Source of the DNA: Eledone cirrhosa
Lineage: Eukaryota
NCBI GenBank assembly: GCA_964016885.1
Contig: OZ024743.1
Location: 108,500,001 to 108,564,000 of the forward strand
Direction: 5' to 3'
Length of the DNA stretch: 64,000 nucleotides
The notes beneath the pieces are model-generated. The model was given only the letters and a program-made list of their open reading frames with translations, ran no database searches and had not been told where the DNA came from. This document shows, piece by piece, positions 1 through 13,669 of the stretch. A program made the position numbers and the translations under genes. Numbering within the stretch: position 1 is the stretch's first letter; each line of letters begins with the position of its first letter.

Positions 1-237
1 TATGCATGAATATCATCTTTCCCACGCCCACTCACTGTACCTCATTCTCTCTCTCAACGCCTCCCAAAATGTTCTGCCCAAATTTCTTTCTTAGTTAAAC
101 TCAGTGTCTTTTCCATACGTAACCCTATTTTTGGTGCAATATTTTGTAGATATCTTCTGCTGAACGGAATTATGTATTCATGTATATATATATATATATA
201 TATGATTATGCATATGTATGAAGGAATGGAGTTACGG

Positions 238-386
<149 letters not shown>

Positions 387-611
387 CATTCTTTCACCCA
401 GTTATGAATATATTCTCAAGAATTCTGTTGTGTAACAAAAAAAGAGATATTACAAAGAGCAATAACTCCGAAAGAATTGTCGATTGCTTCTTTTTGCTGC
501 CACTAGAACAACAGGATGACGATGGTCGTCTAAAGCACATGTCGTTATGAGTCTCTTTGCTTGAAAACAAATCAATTATTAATATAATTATAATAATATT
601 ATATTATTATT

Positions 612-800
612 TGAATTGGCAGTAGCGGTAGAGGGTCGGACGCCATGCTTTGACGCATAGAGTTACGGCCCTTGCCATTCTGAGTTCAAATCCCGCCGAG
701 GTTAACTTTGCCTTTCATCCTTACGGGGTCGATAAAATAAAGTACCAGTAATACACTGGGAAATTGCTGGCCTTGTGCCAACAGTAGAAACAATTATTAT
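612..800 (+). mobile_element. tRNA-derived SINE, family A (short 3' variant)
   Basis: Box A-like TGGCAGTAGCGG, box B GAGTTCAAATCC, central GCCTTTCATCCTTACGGGGTCGATAAAATAAAGTACCAG, (ATT)n tail; about 20 homologous copies in the window. Confidence 0.9.
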
Positions 801-897
801 TATACTATATAAAACTCTCAACTGCATTTCCCTATCTGCCATGTTGCAGCGAAAACAAATTTTGTTAATATTAAGCATATATATATATATATATATG

Positions 898-946
<49 letters not shown>

Positions 947-1195
947 GGGGAGGAAACTGTGGCAGCATGCTACTACGTCCGCCTATGGGTCAAAAATATG
1001 GCACACACTTATTCCACTCTGTCTTTGCTTGTTTTCTCAAAGCTTACATTCATTCCTTTGGTATACATCCATTACGCAATTTACACTTGATGTGGTCACC
1101 GGATTCTTACGCAACTTAGCCACTGAAATGCGCGTGGTGGTTACAGTAATAAAAAAAAAGAAGGAAATTCAGCATATTTGGCATCCTATCATTTT

Positions 1196-1386
1196 GACGG
1201 TGGATTGGCAGTATCGGTAGAGAGTCGGACGCCATGCTTTGACGCATAGAGTTACGGCCCTTGCCATTCTGAGTTCAAATCCCGCCGAGGTTAACTTTGC
1301 CTTTCATGATTACGGGATCGATAAAATAAAATACCAGTAATGGTACTGGTTATTGCTGGCCTTGTGCCAAAAGTAGAAGCAGTTAT
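1196..1386 (+). mobile_element. SINE family A copy
   Basis: Near-identical to 612-800. Confidence 0.9.
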
Positions 1387-1904
1387 TTCACTTTATAATA
1401 TATATATATACAACGTCCGTTCTGTTGTCTTCGCGAATAGCTATCTTTTTTTGTCCATCATTGATAGTGATTTGTAATGCCTTTGGAAGCATCCGAATCT
1501 ATAATTATCACCAGAAGACGGTTCATGAGAAGGCATTTTCCATGTGTGTGTCCCTTCTCAGTTTTCTGTTTCCAGTATTTGGTGCACATGTCTGATAATA
1601 TATTTATATATATGTGTGTGTGTGCGTGTGTGTGTGTGTGTATGCGCGTGTGGATGGGTGTGTGTGTCACTTGTGTGTATACTTGCCACCTTTATTTCTC
1701 TCCCTTTATATCTTTGTCTAATTCATGCTTTTTTTTTGCCAGCATGGAGTACATCGCGTCTTTTTTTTCATTTCATGTTTAAAAGTTACATAATCAATAC
1801 CTCCCTCTTTCTGTATCACATTCCGTTACCTTGGAAGTCTATTGATTTAGGTAATGTACCGTAAATATATCATGACATCTTCAAACCAATATAGATTGAA
1901 TGAA

Positions 1905-1964
<60 letters not shown>

Positions 1965-2017
1965 CATATATAAACATATATACATTTACACACATACCTA
2001 TTCACACATGCAAACAG

Positions 2018-2153
<136 letters not shown>

Positions 2154-2585
2154 GGGGGAAGGGGTGTATGTGTGTGTATATGTGTGTGTGTGTAACAGAA
2201 ATTACTAAACAGATCTGTAAAATTAACAAGTTAGTAACAAATGTCAAACAAAAAATGGAAACCCTTATGGAAATCATATACATATGTAAAACATAGGTTC
2301 AGACAGGAATGTAAGGCTTCAAAGAGATACAATGAATTAAAAAAATTACAATTTTCTGAAAAAAAAAGGAAAATGAACGCAAAATATGACAAGTCAGTTG
2401 ACATTGGTTATTATACAAGAAATACCAAAGATATAGAAATTCCTGTCATAAGCATATAGTTTATATCCATATATACATGCATTGCATATGTATACACGTG
2501 CACGCGCGCACACATACAGAGACGCAGACAAATATATGTAGATATGATTATTGGATTTTCTAAATGTAGCCTTGATTGAATGCCG

Positions 2586-2653
<68 letters not shown>

Positions 2654-2810
2654 CACACACACACATATATATATATGCAGAGGTTATATTTCATTTGTTG
2701 GGATTCAACAAGCTTAACATTTTTTTATAACTGATATAAAGCATTCAACAAATAGTGGAGTAAATATACAATATATTAACAAATGGAAACTATATTTATA
2801 AAACCATATT

Positions 2811-2876
2811 TATTTTATTATACATATTTCAAGGGCCACCAAGGCAAATTATGGTGCGCTTTCATCAGATGAAATA
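2811..2876 (-). ncRNA. Type I hammerhead ribozyme motif (P1, left arm)
   Basis: Reverse complement reads stem I, CUGAUGA, stem II, GAAA, UAUGUA, UA, stem I. Confidence 0.75.
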
Positions 2877-3119
2877 CAATACAGATTTGTTTTATAAATA
2901 AATATTGACATGCCTTGAAAAAAGACAACCTTAACGGTTGGAGCTTCCTGGATAGTGGAGATATTACATTGATTGAGGGTGATAGAAAATTATGATTGAG
3001 TATGCAAATGAGTGTCCGAAAGGTTGAAAAGATAACGGTTTATTTAAATTAAACTGTTGGAAGAAGGTGATATGTGAGGGACAGAGAAAAAAGAAAGAAA
3101 GAAGAAAAGAAGGAAGTTA

Positions 3120-4215
3120 TAAGTGATTTTTTAAGAACTCAGATTAGAAAATTATAGAAAATAATAATAATTGTGAAATAAATAGGATAAGAAAAGAAAT
3201 TATACAATTTGTTAATTGCCTTAATCTTAACGTAGACGTAGAGAATAATTATAAAATAGTTAATTTTTTAGATGTAACTTTAAACCTTAACACTGGTGTT
3301 TATTATCCATTTCATAAAATAAATGAGATTCGAAACTATGTTAACTTTAATTCCAATCACCCCATATCCGTAAATTCTGAGCAGCAAGGTATTTCTAGAA
3401 TTTCAGCTAATAAAAATATATTTGAAGATAAGGCACAATATTATAACGAAGCGTTAGGTAGAGCAGGCTACAATTAAATACAATTAAATACATTGATAAT
3501 AAGGATGTGCCAACTAACCATAACTATAAATATTATAATAGAAAACCTTACACTAATTCGAAAACCAAAAGAAGAAATAGAACTAGAAATATATTATGGT
3601 TCGCTCCCCCTTTCTCATTAAGTATTAAAACTCCTATTGCGAAATTATTCTTTAAAACTCTAGATAAATGCTTTCCTAGAACACACAGGTATTACTCAAT
3701 ATTTAATAGACATATTATTAAACTATCATATTCCACCACTATGAATTTAGCGCAGAATATTAATAGAATTAATAATAGAAACCTAACCAGAATAGCATTA
3801 ATACCCCTAGCAATATCCAATATAATGTTACGGCTCCCAGTAATTTAAATTTAGATAAATGTAATTGTAGAAATAAATCTAACTGTCCTCTAAATAATAA
3901 TTGTTCAGTTAAAAATATAGTATACAATTGTAATGTTAAAACAAATGTAAACTCCTTTAATTATGTAGGCTCTACCTCCACAGACTTCAAGTCCCGTTTT
4001 AATAACCACAAATGACCTTTTACGTATATTGCTAAAAAATCTTCAACTTCTCTATCTAACTTACTATGGGACCTGAAATCAAAGAACATTAACTATTCTT
4101 TACTTTGGAATATTATCTCCAAAGCTCCTTCATACACTGCTTTATCCAAAAATTGTTCCCTTTGTGTCGAAGAAATATTCTTTATACTAAAAAGTAAGAA
4201 CTCTATTAATTTGAG
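3120..4215 (+). pseudogene. Decayed PLE reverse transcriptase C-terminus plus GIY-YIG endonuclease
   Basis: Translates to KIVNFLDVTLNLNTGVYYPFHK..YVNFNSNHP, RNILWFAPPFSLSIKT..IFNRHIIKLSYS, CNCRNKSNCPLNNNC..NIVYNC..YVGSTSTDFKSRFNNHK, W..CSLCVEE; contains stops and frameshifts. Confidence 0.9.
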
Positions 4216-5489
4216 GAACAAATTTATATAAAATGTAATATACGACCTATCTCTTTTACATAATGTCTTCTATATCCATATATGATTCATATACTTAATT
4301 TATTTTCTATTATCTCTACTTCATATATATTATTACACCTATCGATAGATTATTAAATTCCTTTATATGGCTGCTTGAAACTCCTTTAAGAAAAATGTTT
4401 TCTTGAAAAACTTACTGAAGGGTTTAAGAAAATCTTTTGAATATTCCTTTGAAAGATATAGAAAAACTATATTTTTATATTCTTATATTTTCAAAGTTTT
4501 TAATATATATATATCCAAATGTTTATATATATGTGGAAAAACATGTTTTTTTTATATATATGTGGAGTAACCTATGGTTTTATGTTTTAAATATATTCTT
4601 AAGAAAATTTTTGAAACATTCTAACTTTATAGCAAGTACATTTATGGCTTCGTATAAAATAACATAAGGTTCATGTTCTAATTACATTCATAAGATAGAA
4701 AATTTAACTTCTTAACTTTATAGCATTTAATTCTTAGAGTCATCTGAGTTCTTAAAAAATTACTTATAACTTCCTTTACGCTCCTTTACTGTTTTTATAA
4801 TATAACTAAGTGGTTATTCTTTTGTAAACTCTCGAAAATTTTCCATAAATTTAGAATTATTTGGATATTTTAAATTTTTGACTTACAACTTTTAATAAAA
4901 TAAACTATACTAGATTTGCTCTAATGTAAAATAATATATATGTTTTAATAATTATAATCATTAACATACACATTTAAACTAATTATTAAATTATTAAATT
5001 AAACCTTTAATCTAATTTTGTCAACCTATCATTAAAAATATTATACTCAAAACATAACGAATCCTGAATTATAAATATTATTCCTCCACGCTATTCTCAT
5101 TTCTTCTTCATTTCTTCTTTTTTACTCTCACGTAAATATACTTACACTGTATTTGTCCTTTGTAACTAATATTTTTTCTCATTTAAAAAATATAATTACG
5201 CTCTTCTCTTCACACTATTTTCACTGTCAAATATATATATAATCGCCCTCTATCTTTTCTTCTTTCTTTCTTTTTTTCTCTCTCCCTCACATATCACCTT
5301 CTTCCAACAGTTTAATTTAAATAAACCGTTATCGTTTCAACCTTTCGGACACTCATTTGTATACTCAATCATAATTTTATATCACCCTCAATAAATATAA
5401 TATCTCCACTATCCAGGAAGCTCCAACCGTTAAGGTTGTCTTTTTTCAGGGCATGTCAATATTTATATATATAAAACAAATCTGTATTG

Positions 5490-5555
5490 TATTTTATCTG
5501 ATGAAAGCGCACCATAATGTGCCGTGGTGGGCCTTGAAATATATATAATAAAATA
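5490..5555 (+). ncRNA. Type I hammerhead ribozyme motif (P1, right arm)
   Basis: tattttat CTGATGA aagcgcacca..tggtgggcctt GAAA tatata TA ataaaata; 8-bp stem I; minimal palindromic stem III; predicted cleavage after 5547. Confidence 0.8.
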
Positions 5556-5648
5556 AATATGGTTTTATAAATATAGTTTCCATTTGTTAATATATTGCAT
5601 ATATATATATATATATATATTTATATAAATATATATATATAATACATG

Positions 5649-5705
<57 letters not shown>

Positions 5706-5733
5706 ATATGTATATATGTAGAGAGAGAGAGAG

Positions 5734-5772
<39 letters not shown>

Positions 5773-5900
5773 TGCTCACATATCGTCTCAAGATAGAAAT
5801 TTATTCCGAAGAATTTTAAAGAAAGCACAGAAAAATGAACAAAATTAAATATATAGCATTGATAACATTACGTTTGTGGAATATTTATTATCATTATTAT

Positions 5901-6092
5901 CAGTGGATTGGAAGTATCGGTAGAGCGTCGGACACTATGCTTTGACGCATAGAATTACGCCCCTTGCCATTCTGAGTTCAAATCGCGCTAAGGTTAGCTT
6001 TGACTTTCATCCTTACGGGGTCGATAAAATAAAGTATCAGTAATGTACTGGGTAATTGCTGGCCTTGTGCCAAAAGTAGAACCAATCATTAT
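5901..6092 (+). mobile_element. SINE family A copy
   Basis: Homology to 612-800. Confidence 0.88.
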
Positions 6093-7851
6093 CATTAGTC
6101 GTCGTCGTCGTCGTCGTAGTAGTAGTAGCACGAGCAGCAGCAGCATTGTATTCCCTGTCACGAGACCCCCTACCTAACTTGTTATCAAGACAGCAGCATT
6201 TTATAATACAAAGGTTATTCCATTTCTGTATACACTTGCCAAATCTTTCCATTGTAAAATTGAATAACAGTACAGCTTAGCAAATATATTACGTTTGCTA
6301 AATTCTACCATTTTATTGTTTTTGTTGTTGTTCTTGTTCTTCTTCTTCTTCTTCTTCTTCTTCTTCTTCTTCTTCTTCTTCTTCTTCTTCTTTATCACCA
6401 TTATCATCGTATATTTCCAGAGTACTGATATGCAATAGGTATCTAATTTTTCGATGTAGCGATTACTACAGCAACTTTCTCTGTTAAATCTATTTCTACA
6501 TTGTGACGCAAATATAAAACATCCCGGCATGTTTCTGCTGACCAGAGTTATTTGGCAGCAATGTCATTGAAGATAACAATCATGAATTCGAACGATGAAA
6601 ATGTAATCTTGTTGGGGAAATTACCAAACTCCAAGTATGTTGAGACGCTTATGCTTCCATATCTTCGAAATGGCGTAAATAGTGTTGCTAGTTGTGAGGG
6701 TTGCGGTGATTGTGGTCGAGGTGGAAGTAGATATTTTGTGATGTCACATAGCTTCTTGTTTAGCGTCCATGGCAGCCGATCATACGTCACGAGCGGGATT
6801 CCCAGCGGAGAGTTATGACGTGGGGCTGTGCACATTATTTCATGTCTCTTCACTCTGTTTATCCTCAAAACAATGAGTCGTACCCACAATCCTAAGGCCA
6901 GCTTTTTCACGGAATATGTCACATTTAATCTACGTGTGAACTGCTTTGAAAATACGCGTGTCTATGTAATGCTCAGTTAGTTCTCGTAAACTTCATGAGG
7001 GGGCTGTTCTACTTATAAAACAACTTGATTACTCTTCGTCGATACTGGCGGAGGTCCAACACCAACGTTAGTATTAGTAATGATTGTTGTGGCTGTGGAG
7101 GTGGTTTGGGTAAAAAGGAAAAGAATTGACTGGATGTTGGCGGTGGGAAGGATTTGTTAAATGCTGAAGGAGTTGACAGCATAATGTATGGAATGTTTAG
7201 AGTAGAGAAGACATTATAGAGACTTGACATGTGTAAGGAGATATAGAAATGATGGACATAGAAACATATGCTAGTGGTATCGGTAGTGAGGGTGATATTA
7301 TAAGGAAAGAATTAACAACTGCAGAGGATAAAACGTTATGTTAACCCTTTCTGACGTCAGTTTCCACACGAGCAAATTGTCATAGACATGGCACGAACCA
7401 CGACAGATAACTGTTTATTTTTCACCAAAATACCGTGATAAATTTTACAACTAAATATTTCACACAAACTGACATAAATGTTTGAGAAATGTGCGCGCGT
7501 ATACACATCATGTATACACCACGCATACTTGCATACAAACACCCATATATCTTGGAAATGGCGAAAATATTGTTGCTAATAGTGAACGATCACATATCTC
7601 TATGTAGGCAATATTCATATAACCATGTATATATATTTCGTTTCTGAATTTGTTTAGCAAGATTCTTTATCTGAAATCGTGTGTTGAAACCGATATTGTT
7701 ATACTTTGGGAGGGTCATGTTGCCAATAAGAAACACACGCACCAGTTGCTTTCACTTCAATTTAATTTATTATATATTTATAAATTTACAAATTTATAAA
7801 TTTCTGGTTGGTTGGTTGGTTCCACAACCAGATAGTTGTTTATATATATAT

Positions 7852-7896
7852 AGTCATAGTTCTTTCGTCACACACTCTGTGACCTCTTCAGTGACT
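7852..7896 (-). ncRNA. Type I hammerhead motif (P2, left arm)
   Basis: rc: agtca CTGAAGA ggtcacagagtgtgtgac GAAAG aa CTA tgact. Confidence 0.7.
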
Positions 7897-8026
7897 GGGG
7901 ATTTCTTTCTTCGTTTCTGTGCCTTTCCTTTCTTCTATCATACGCCATTTTGTTTGTGTGTCAAACAAAACAAAATGGCGTAGGATAGAAGAAAGGAAAG
8001 GCACAGAAACGAAGAAAGAAAACCCC

Positions 8027-8071
8027 AGTCACTGAAGAGGTCACAGAGTGTGTGACGAAAAAACTATGACT
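8027..8071 (+). ncRNA. Type I hammerhead motif (P2, right arm)
   Basis: agtca CTGAAGA g gtcaca gagtg tgtgac GAAA aaac TA tgact; stem III weakened by a substitution. Confidence 0.65.
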
Positions 8072-8228
8072 ATATATATATAAACAACTATCTGGTTGTG
8101 GAACCAACCAACCAACCAGAAATTTATAAATTTGTAAATTTATAAATATATAATAAATTAAATTGAAGTGAAAGCAACTGGTGCGTGTGTTTCTTATTGG
8201 CAACATGACCCTCCCAAAGTATAACAAC

Positions 8229-8306
<78 letters not shown>

Positions 8307-8983
8307 AAATCCTTCGGTCACACATGATTTTGCTTTTAGAAAGATACGCTCGGAGACATATGACAAGATAAGGTATTTTTTTGTGGAAGACCACCAATAT
8401 TCCAAGCATATCATTCTACATTCTCTACGGAACTTATGTTGCCCATGGAAAAGGCAAAGGCCGATATAGCGTGAAAGTCAATTCTACAAGTGAGCGAAAT
8501 GAAACAACGTGGATTATGTGTCTTGTTCAAAGACACAGCGTACCATCCGATATCATTTGAGAAACAGATAGTATTTTGTACATATATATATATATAGAGT
8601 ACAAATAATTTCCAGGGAAAAATACATACGTAAATGTTTTTCTATCTGAAGTATTTTCCTGAATATTTGTATTATATATGTGTACAAAATACTATGTGTT
8701 TCTCAAATGATATATTGCTCTTCCTCTCTCACGCTAAATATATTAATGCTCTGAAATAAGATACATTGGGCTTATTTAAACAGAAACACGGTTATCAAAC
8801 ATATTACATGTTTTATAACCTTAACTTTATATTTATATATATATTTTGAGTATATGTTGGTTGTATACCAACACCTCAGTATGCAAGCTGGACGAAGTTC
8901 GCAGGTTGGTTTGGTTACCCCGGAGTAATGTAAAATAAAGTAAAATAAATAAGTCAAATGTTTAAAATTTAGCTCCGTTTATT

Positions 8984-9038
8984 ACTGCTATATATATTTC
9001 GGTGACAGCCATCTTTGGCTGTGACCTCTTCAGGCAGT
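8984..9038 (-). ncRNA. Type I hammerhead motif (P3, left arm)
   Basis: rc: actgc CTGAAGA ggtcacagccaaagatggctgtcacc GAAA tatata TA gcagt. Confidence 0.85.
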
Positions 9039-9520
9039 CCGAATTAGTGTGGTATAGACAAGTACATATGTTGTTGAGGTGTATAATTTTTTTCTATAGA
9101 CTTCTGACCGAGGAATGCTCTCAAAACTGACCAATGGGAAGTTTGACATTTTTTGGCTATTTTGTTCCTTTACCACCTTGTTCCTTCTACCACTTTATCA
9201 ATTTGTTAAGCTAACTCCAACAATAACAACACTACCAACACAAGAATTGACGTCAGATGTACCTAACAATAACAAGAACAACAACTACAGATTGGCTTGC
9301 CTCAGAACGAATTTCTATAGACTTTTGAATGAGGAATGTTCTAACAACTGACCAATGAGAGGAGAAGGGGCCCTTTGACACTGAAATTCGTTTGTTTGAA
9401 TTCATATGATTCCAGTTCCTCAGTGAAATAACAACCCAACCAGAAACTGGGCATATCAGAGTATTGACAAAATTATACACCTCAACAACATATGTACTTG
9501 TCTATACCATACTAATTCGG

Positions 9521-9575
9521 ACTGCCTGAAGAGGTCACAGCCAAAGATAGCTGTCACCGAAATATATATAGCAGT
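9521..9575 (+). ncRNA. Type I hammerhead motif (P3, right arm)
   Basis: actgc CTGAAGA ggtcacagc caaagata gctgtcacc GAAA tatata TA gcagt; perfect 5-bp stem I, long stem II. Confidence 0.85.
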
Positions 9576-9793
9576 AATAAACGAAGCTAAATTCTAAACA
9601 TTTGACTTATTTATTTTACTTTATTTTATATATATATAAGTTTCGTGAAATAATCTTTTTAAGACTATATAGGGCATTTGTAGTTTTCCAAATTGAAGGA
9701 TGAGTATTTAAACTTTATTTTATTCTGAGTTAAGACTCTATTGGTTTTTTCCCTGAATTTCACAAAATCTGTCACATTAATTTCTCTATTTTC

Positions 9794-10283
<490 letters not shown>

Positions 10284-10564
10284 AAGACAAAGTGAGTAAG
10301 AAGAGTGGAAAACGGAAAGACTAAATATCGTGTGAAATTCGAATCCAACATTTTCGGACCACCGTGAAAGTCTAGTCTATATTATCATTACCTTTAAATC
10401 TAAATGCATAACATAAAAGGTATTACAGTAAATTACATAGATTGATATAATGGTCTACGTGATTAAAAGCTCTACCACATAATTGTCACGATAGAATTAT
10501 ATAAGAAAAATTATATATATGTATATATTTATATATAAACACACATATATATATATATATATAT

Positions 10565-10595
<31 letters not shown>

Positions 10596-10694
10596 GAACG
10601 AATATATGTATGTATTATTGATTTCTGCGACATGTTATTGATTTCTTAGTTACTGGGTTCTAATTTCATTTTTTCTTTCTTTATCGTTCTACAG

Positions 10695-10775
10695 GTTATT
10701 GTCACACTACACAGGATTTCCGAAAGCTCTGTAGCACAATTACAGGCGATTCACAACTTTACTCTCTTGTACGAG
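10695..10775 (+). CDS. Probable internal exon (81 bp) of an unidentified host gene
   Basis: Polypyrimidine tract plus ctacAG acceptor; GAG|GTAAGT donor; length divisible by 3; two open frames (YCHTTQDFRKLCSTITGDSQLYSLVR or VIVTLHRISESSVAQLQAIHNFTLLYE). Confidence 0.65.
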
Positions 10776-11096
10776 GTAAGTGGATTTTTCATATATTTAT
10801 CACGTTGAAAATCTTATATATCTGATGTCAGACTTCTTCCATCGAGTCTAACACAATCTGAGTTGATGCCATTTGCAAGTATTGATTGCGGTCGTTCCCT
10901 CTCTCATTCTTTATGATACATACGTTCAAATATACACACCCTAACACACAGACATGCAGCCACATTCACACACAGACTTATATGTCCATACATACAAAAT
11001 ACGTATGCATCTGTACACATACACTTTTCTCTTCTCGCTTTTTTCTCTCTTGCTCTTTCTGAGTCGCTATCTTTCTCTCTCTATATATATTATTTC

Positions 11097-11203
<107 letters not shown>

Positions 11204-11289
11204 TGGTAGCTAAGATGCTTCCATAGGCGGTCTGCCAGTTGAGCACTCTATGATCTTACAGAGCAGAGTATGATAGAATACCAAACGAA

Positions 11290-11600
11290 AAATCAGTGAT
11301 GCATTTGAACTCAATGTATTGTGTTACAACTGTTTCGCCAGAGGACAGCTCAAGACGCGATCATTGTGTGGATCTGTCTGATTCTGGACCCGCAGATTCA
11401 ACGGACACGTCTAATGATTTCGGAGCATATTCTCTCACTGAGAGAATATGCTCCGAATATGCTCCGAAATCATTAGACGTGTCATCGAACCTGCGGGTCC
11501 AGAATCAGACAGAGCCACACAATGATCTCGTCTCCAGCTGTCCACCGGCGAAACAATTGTAACACACAATAAATTGAGTTCAGATGCATCACTGAATTTC
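11290..11600. mobile_element. Older diverged fold-back element (family P4) with degenerate hammerhead
   Basis: ~150-bp imperfect inverted arms centred ~11438; right arm has GAAAC AATT GTA; 13-bp duplication (gaatatgctccga) near the centre. Confidence 0.7.
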
Positions 11601-12103
11601 TTGAAAGATGTCTCCCTATGGCCAGAATGCGCACTTAGTAGTGGTAAATCTAATCTGTATGTGTACCTTTGCCCTCGATTCTCCAGGTGATCATGAAATT
11701 CTAGAGGTCCCTATATAGCCCCAGGTTAGATGTCATGCTGTTGGTACAAAAGCTTTCATTATTTCTTTGGACTATTAACTGGCAATTAACTTCCTACGCA
11801 TATCAAGTATCAACTAATTGACCGGATTCTTTTGAGCGTCAGAAAAACAATATAACCTATATGCTCTGTTCTTTATGTTCACGTTGCTTTTCATCATTCG
11901 GTGCTTGTTGAAATATAGTATCACTCAAGAATTGACTGTTTTCCTCAGAAATACTTTCGCCAAAAGCCGAGATGTACCACCCAGCGAAGGCTGTATATTT
12001 AGCCTACACTTAAAAAAAAAATGCTTCTTTTCTTCTCCCACTTCTTTCTCTTTCTTTTTTATTACTGTATAGTTTCTTGTTGATCACATAAATTTAAAAA
12101 GAA

Positions 12104-12307
12104 CAATATTTCTTATATAGGCACAAGGCTAGCAATTTTGGGGAAGGATAAAGTCGATAAAATCGGCCCCAGTGTGTGAGTGGTACTTTATTTTATCAAC
12201 CCCGTAAGGATGAATGGCGGCATTTGAACACATAAAGTAAAGGGCCATAACTCAATACTGCAAAGCATTTTGTCTAACGCTCTACCGATTCTGCCAAACC
12301 ACCGCCC
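12104..12307 (-). mobile_element. SINE family A copy (long 3' variant)
   Basis: rc homology; contains the extra GGGGCCGATTTTATCGACTT segment. Confidence 0.85.
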
Positions 12308-12319
12308 GAATAATAAGAA

Positions 12320-12508
12320 TAATTGTTTCTACTTTTGACACAAGGCCAGCAATTATTCCAGTGTATTACTGGTGCTTTATTTTATCGACCCCGCCTTTCA
12401 TACTTACGGGGTCGATAAGATAAAACACCAGTCATGCACTGGTCGATTTAATCGACTTTCCCATCCCCCAAAATTACAGGTCTTGTGCCTAAGCTAGAAA
12501 TCATTATT
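12320..12508. mobile_element. Two partial SINE A 3' halves joined in opposite orientation
   Basis: Minus-strand 3' half (12320-12393) fused to plus-strand 3' half (12392-12508) at the central motif. Confidence 0.75.
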
Positions 12509-12538
12509 ACTATATTAACTTCATTATAACGTTTCTTC

Positions 12539-12728
12539 GGGCGGTGAATTGGCACTATCGGTAGAGGGACGGACATGCTTTCCAGCATAGTTACGTCCCT
12601 TTACGATCTGAGTTCAAATCCGGCCGAGGTTAATTTTGCCTTTCATCCTTACGGGGTCGATAAAATAAAGTACCAGTAATATACTGGATAATTGCTGGCC
12701 TTGTGCCTAAAATAGAAACAATTATTAC
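12539..12728 (+). mobile_element. SINE family A copy
   Basis: Homology to 612-800. Confidence 0.9.
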
Positions 12729-13077
12729 GTTTCTTCGGATATACAATTATATAGAAATATATTTATTTTCGGCTATACATTGCTTAAGTGTACTGCATCA
12801 AATGGAAAAAAAAATGTTTTGTTTTTCTTTTTATGTACGTAAGATAGGTTACGGCAACTACCGACAAATGTAATTCAAAATATCGCTTTGTATATTTATC
12901 AGTGTTTGGCATTAGACCACTAATTTTCGACAAGTACCGCTTCAAACATTGCAGCAGTTTCAAGAGATTTCATGTAGTGCGTTGCTAATTACAAATGTTC
13001 TGAGTTTAGTCTGCTAACTAATTTGGCAAACTCTGTGGAATTCTTCAAATTATATATAAACATAAATATATATATAT

Positions 13078-13165
<88 letters not shown>

Positions 13166-13189
13166 CAATATATATATATATATATATAT

Positions 13190-13315
<126 letters not shown>

Positions 13316-13525
13316 ATTACATACATATATAAATACATGCATAGATACATATGTGTGTGTGTTTGTATATATATTCTTTGCTCCTTATGAAAATATATTT
13401 GTACAATTTTTGTAATATCGCCCCCCCCCCCCTCTATCCCCTTCTCTCTCTCGCTCTCTCTCTATTTCTTTCTCTCTCTCTCTCTCTCTCTCGCTATCGC
13501 TCGCTCGCACGCGCACACACAAACA

Positions 13526-13605
<80 letters not shown>

Positions 13606-13606
13606 T

Positions 13607-13669
<63 letters not shown>

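Larger units (their letters stand above)
2677..5598 (+). mobile_element. Penelope-like element, 5'-truncated, with inverted pseudo-LTR arms (family P1), in TA-rich microsatellite
   Basis: Inverted repeat ~2769-3110 vs ~5252-5597 enclosing a decayed RT/GIY-YIG coding region; hammerhead motif in each arm; (TA)n on both flanks. Confidence 0.9.
7636..8228. mobile_element. Fold-back insertion, family P2 (arms ~7697-7955 and ~7967-8228; tail ~7636-7696)
   Basis: ~260-bp near-perfect inverted repeat; right end abuts (TA)n; hammerhead motif in each arm. Confidence 0.85.
8845..9630. mobile_element. Fold-back insertion, family P3 (arms ~8931-9088 and ~9470-9628; tail ~8845-8930)
   Basis: ~160-bp inverted arms around a ~380-bp spacer; short TA tracts at both ends; hammerhead motifs in both arms. 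Confidence 0.82.

Noticed and set aside
612-700. tRNA genes
   Set aside because: A and B boxes are present but no full cloverleaf; they are heads of a dispersed SINE.
4013-4015. In-frame TGA in the GIY-YIG region as possible selenocysteine
   Set aside because: Not at a Cys position and the copy has other stops and frameshifts; ordinary decay is the simpler explanation.
6430-6922. Minus-strand ORF possibly from a LINE ORF1 or a host exon
   Set aside because: No motif or splice signals I can recognise with confidence.
7341-7350. TTAACCCTTT piggyBac-like end
   Set aside because: No matching opposite terminal repeat found nearby.
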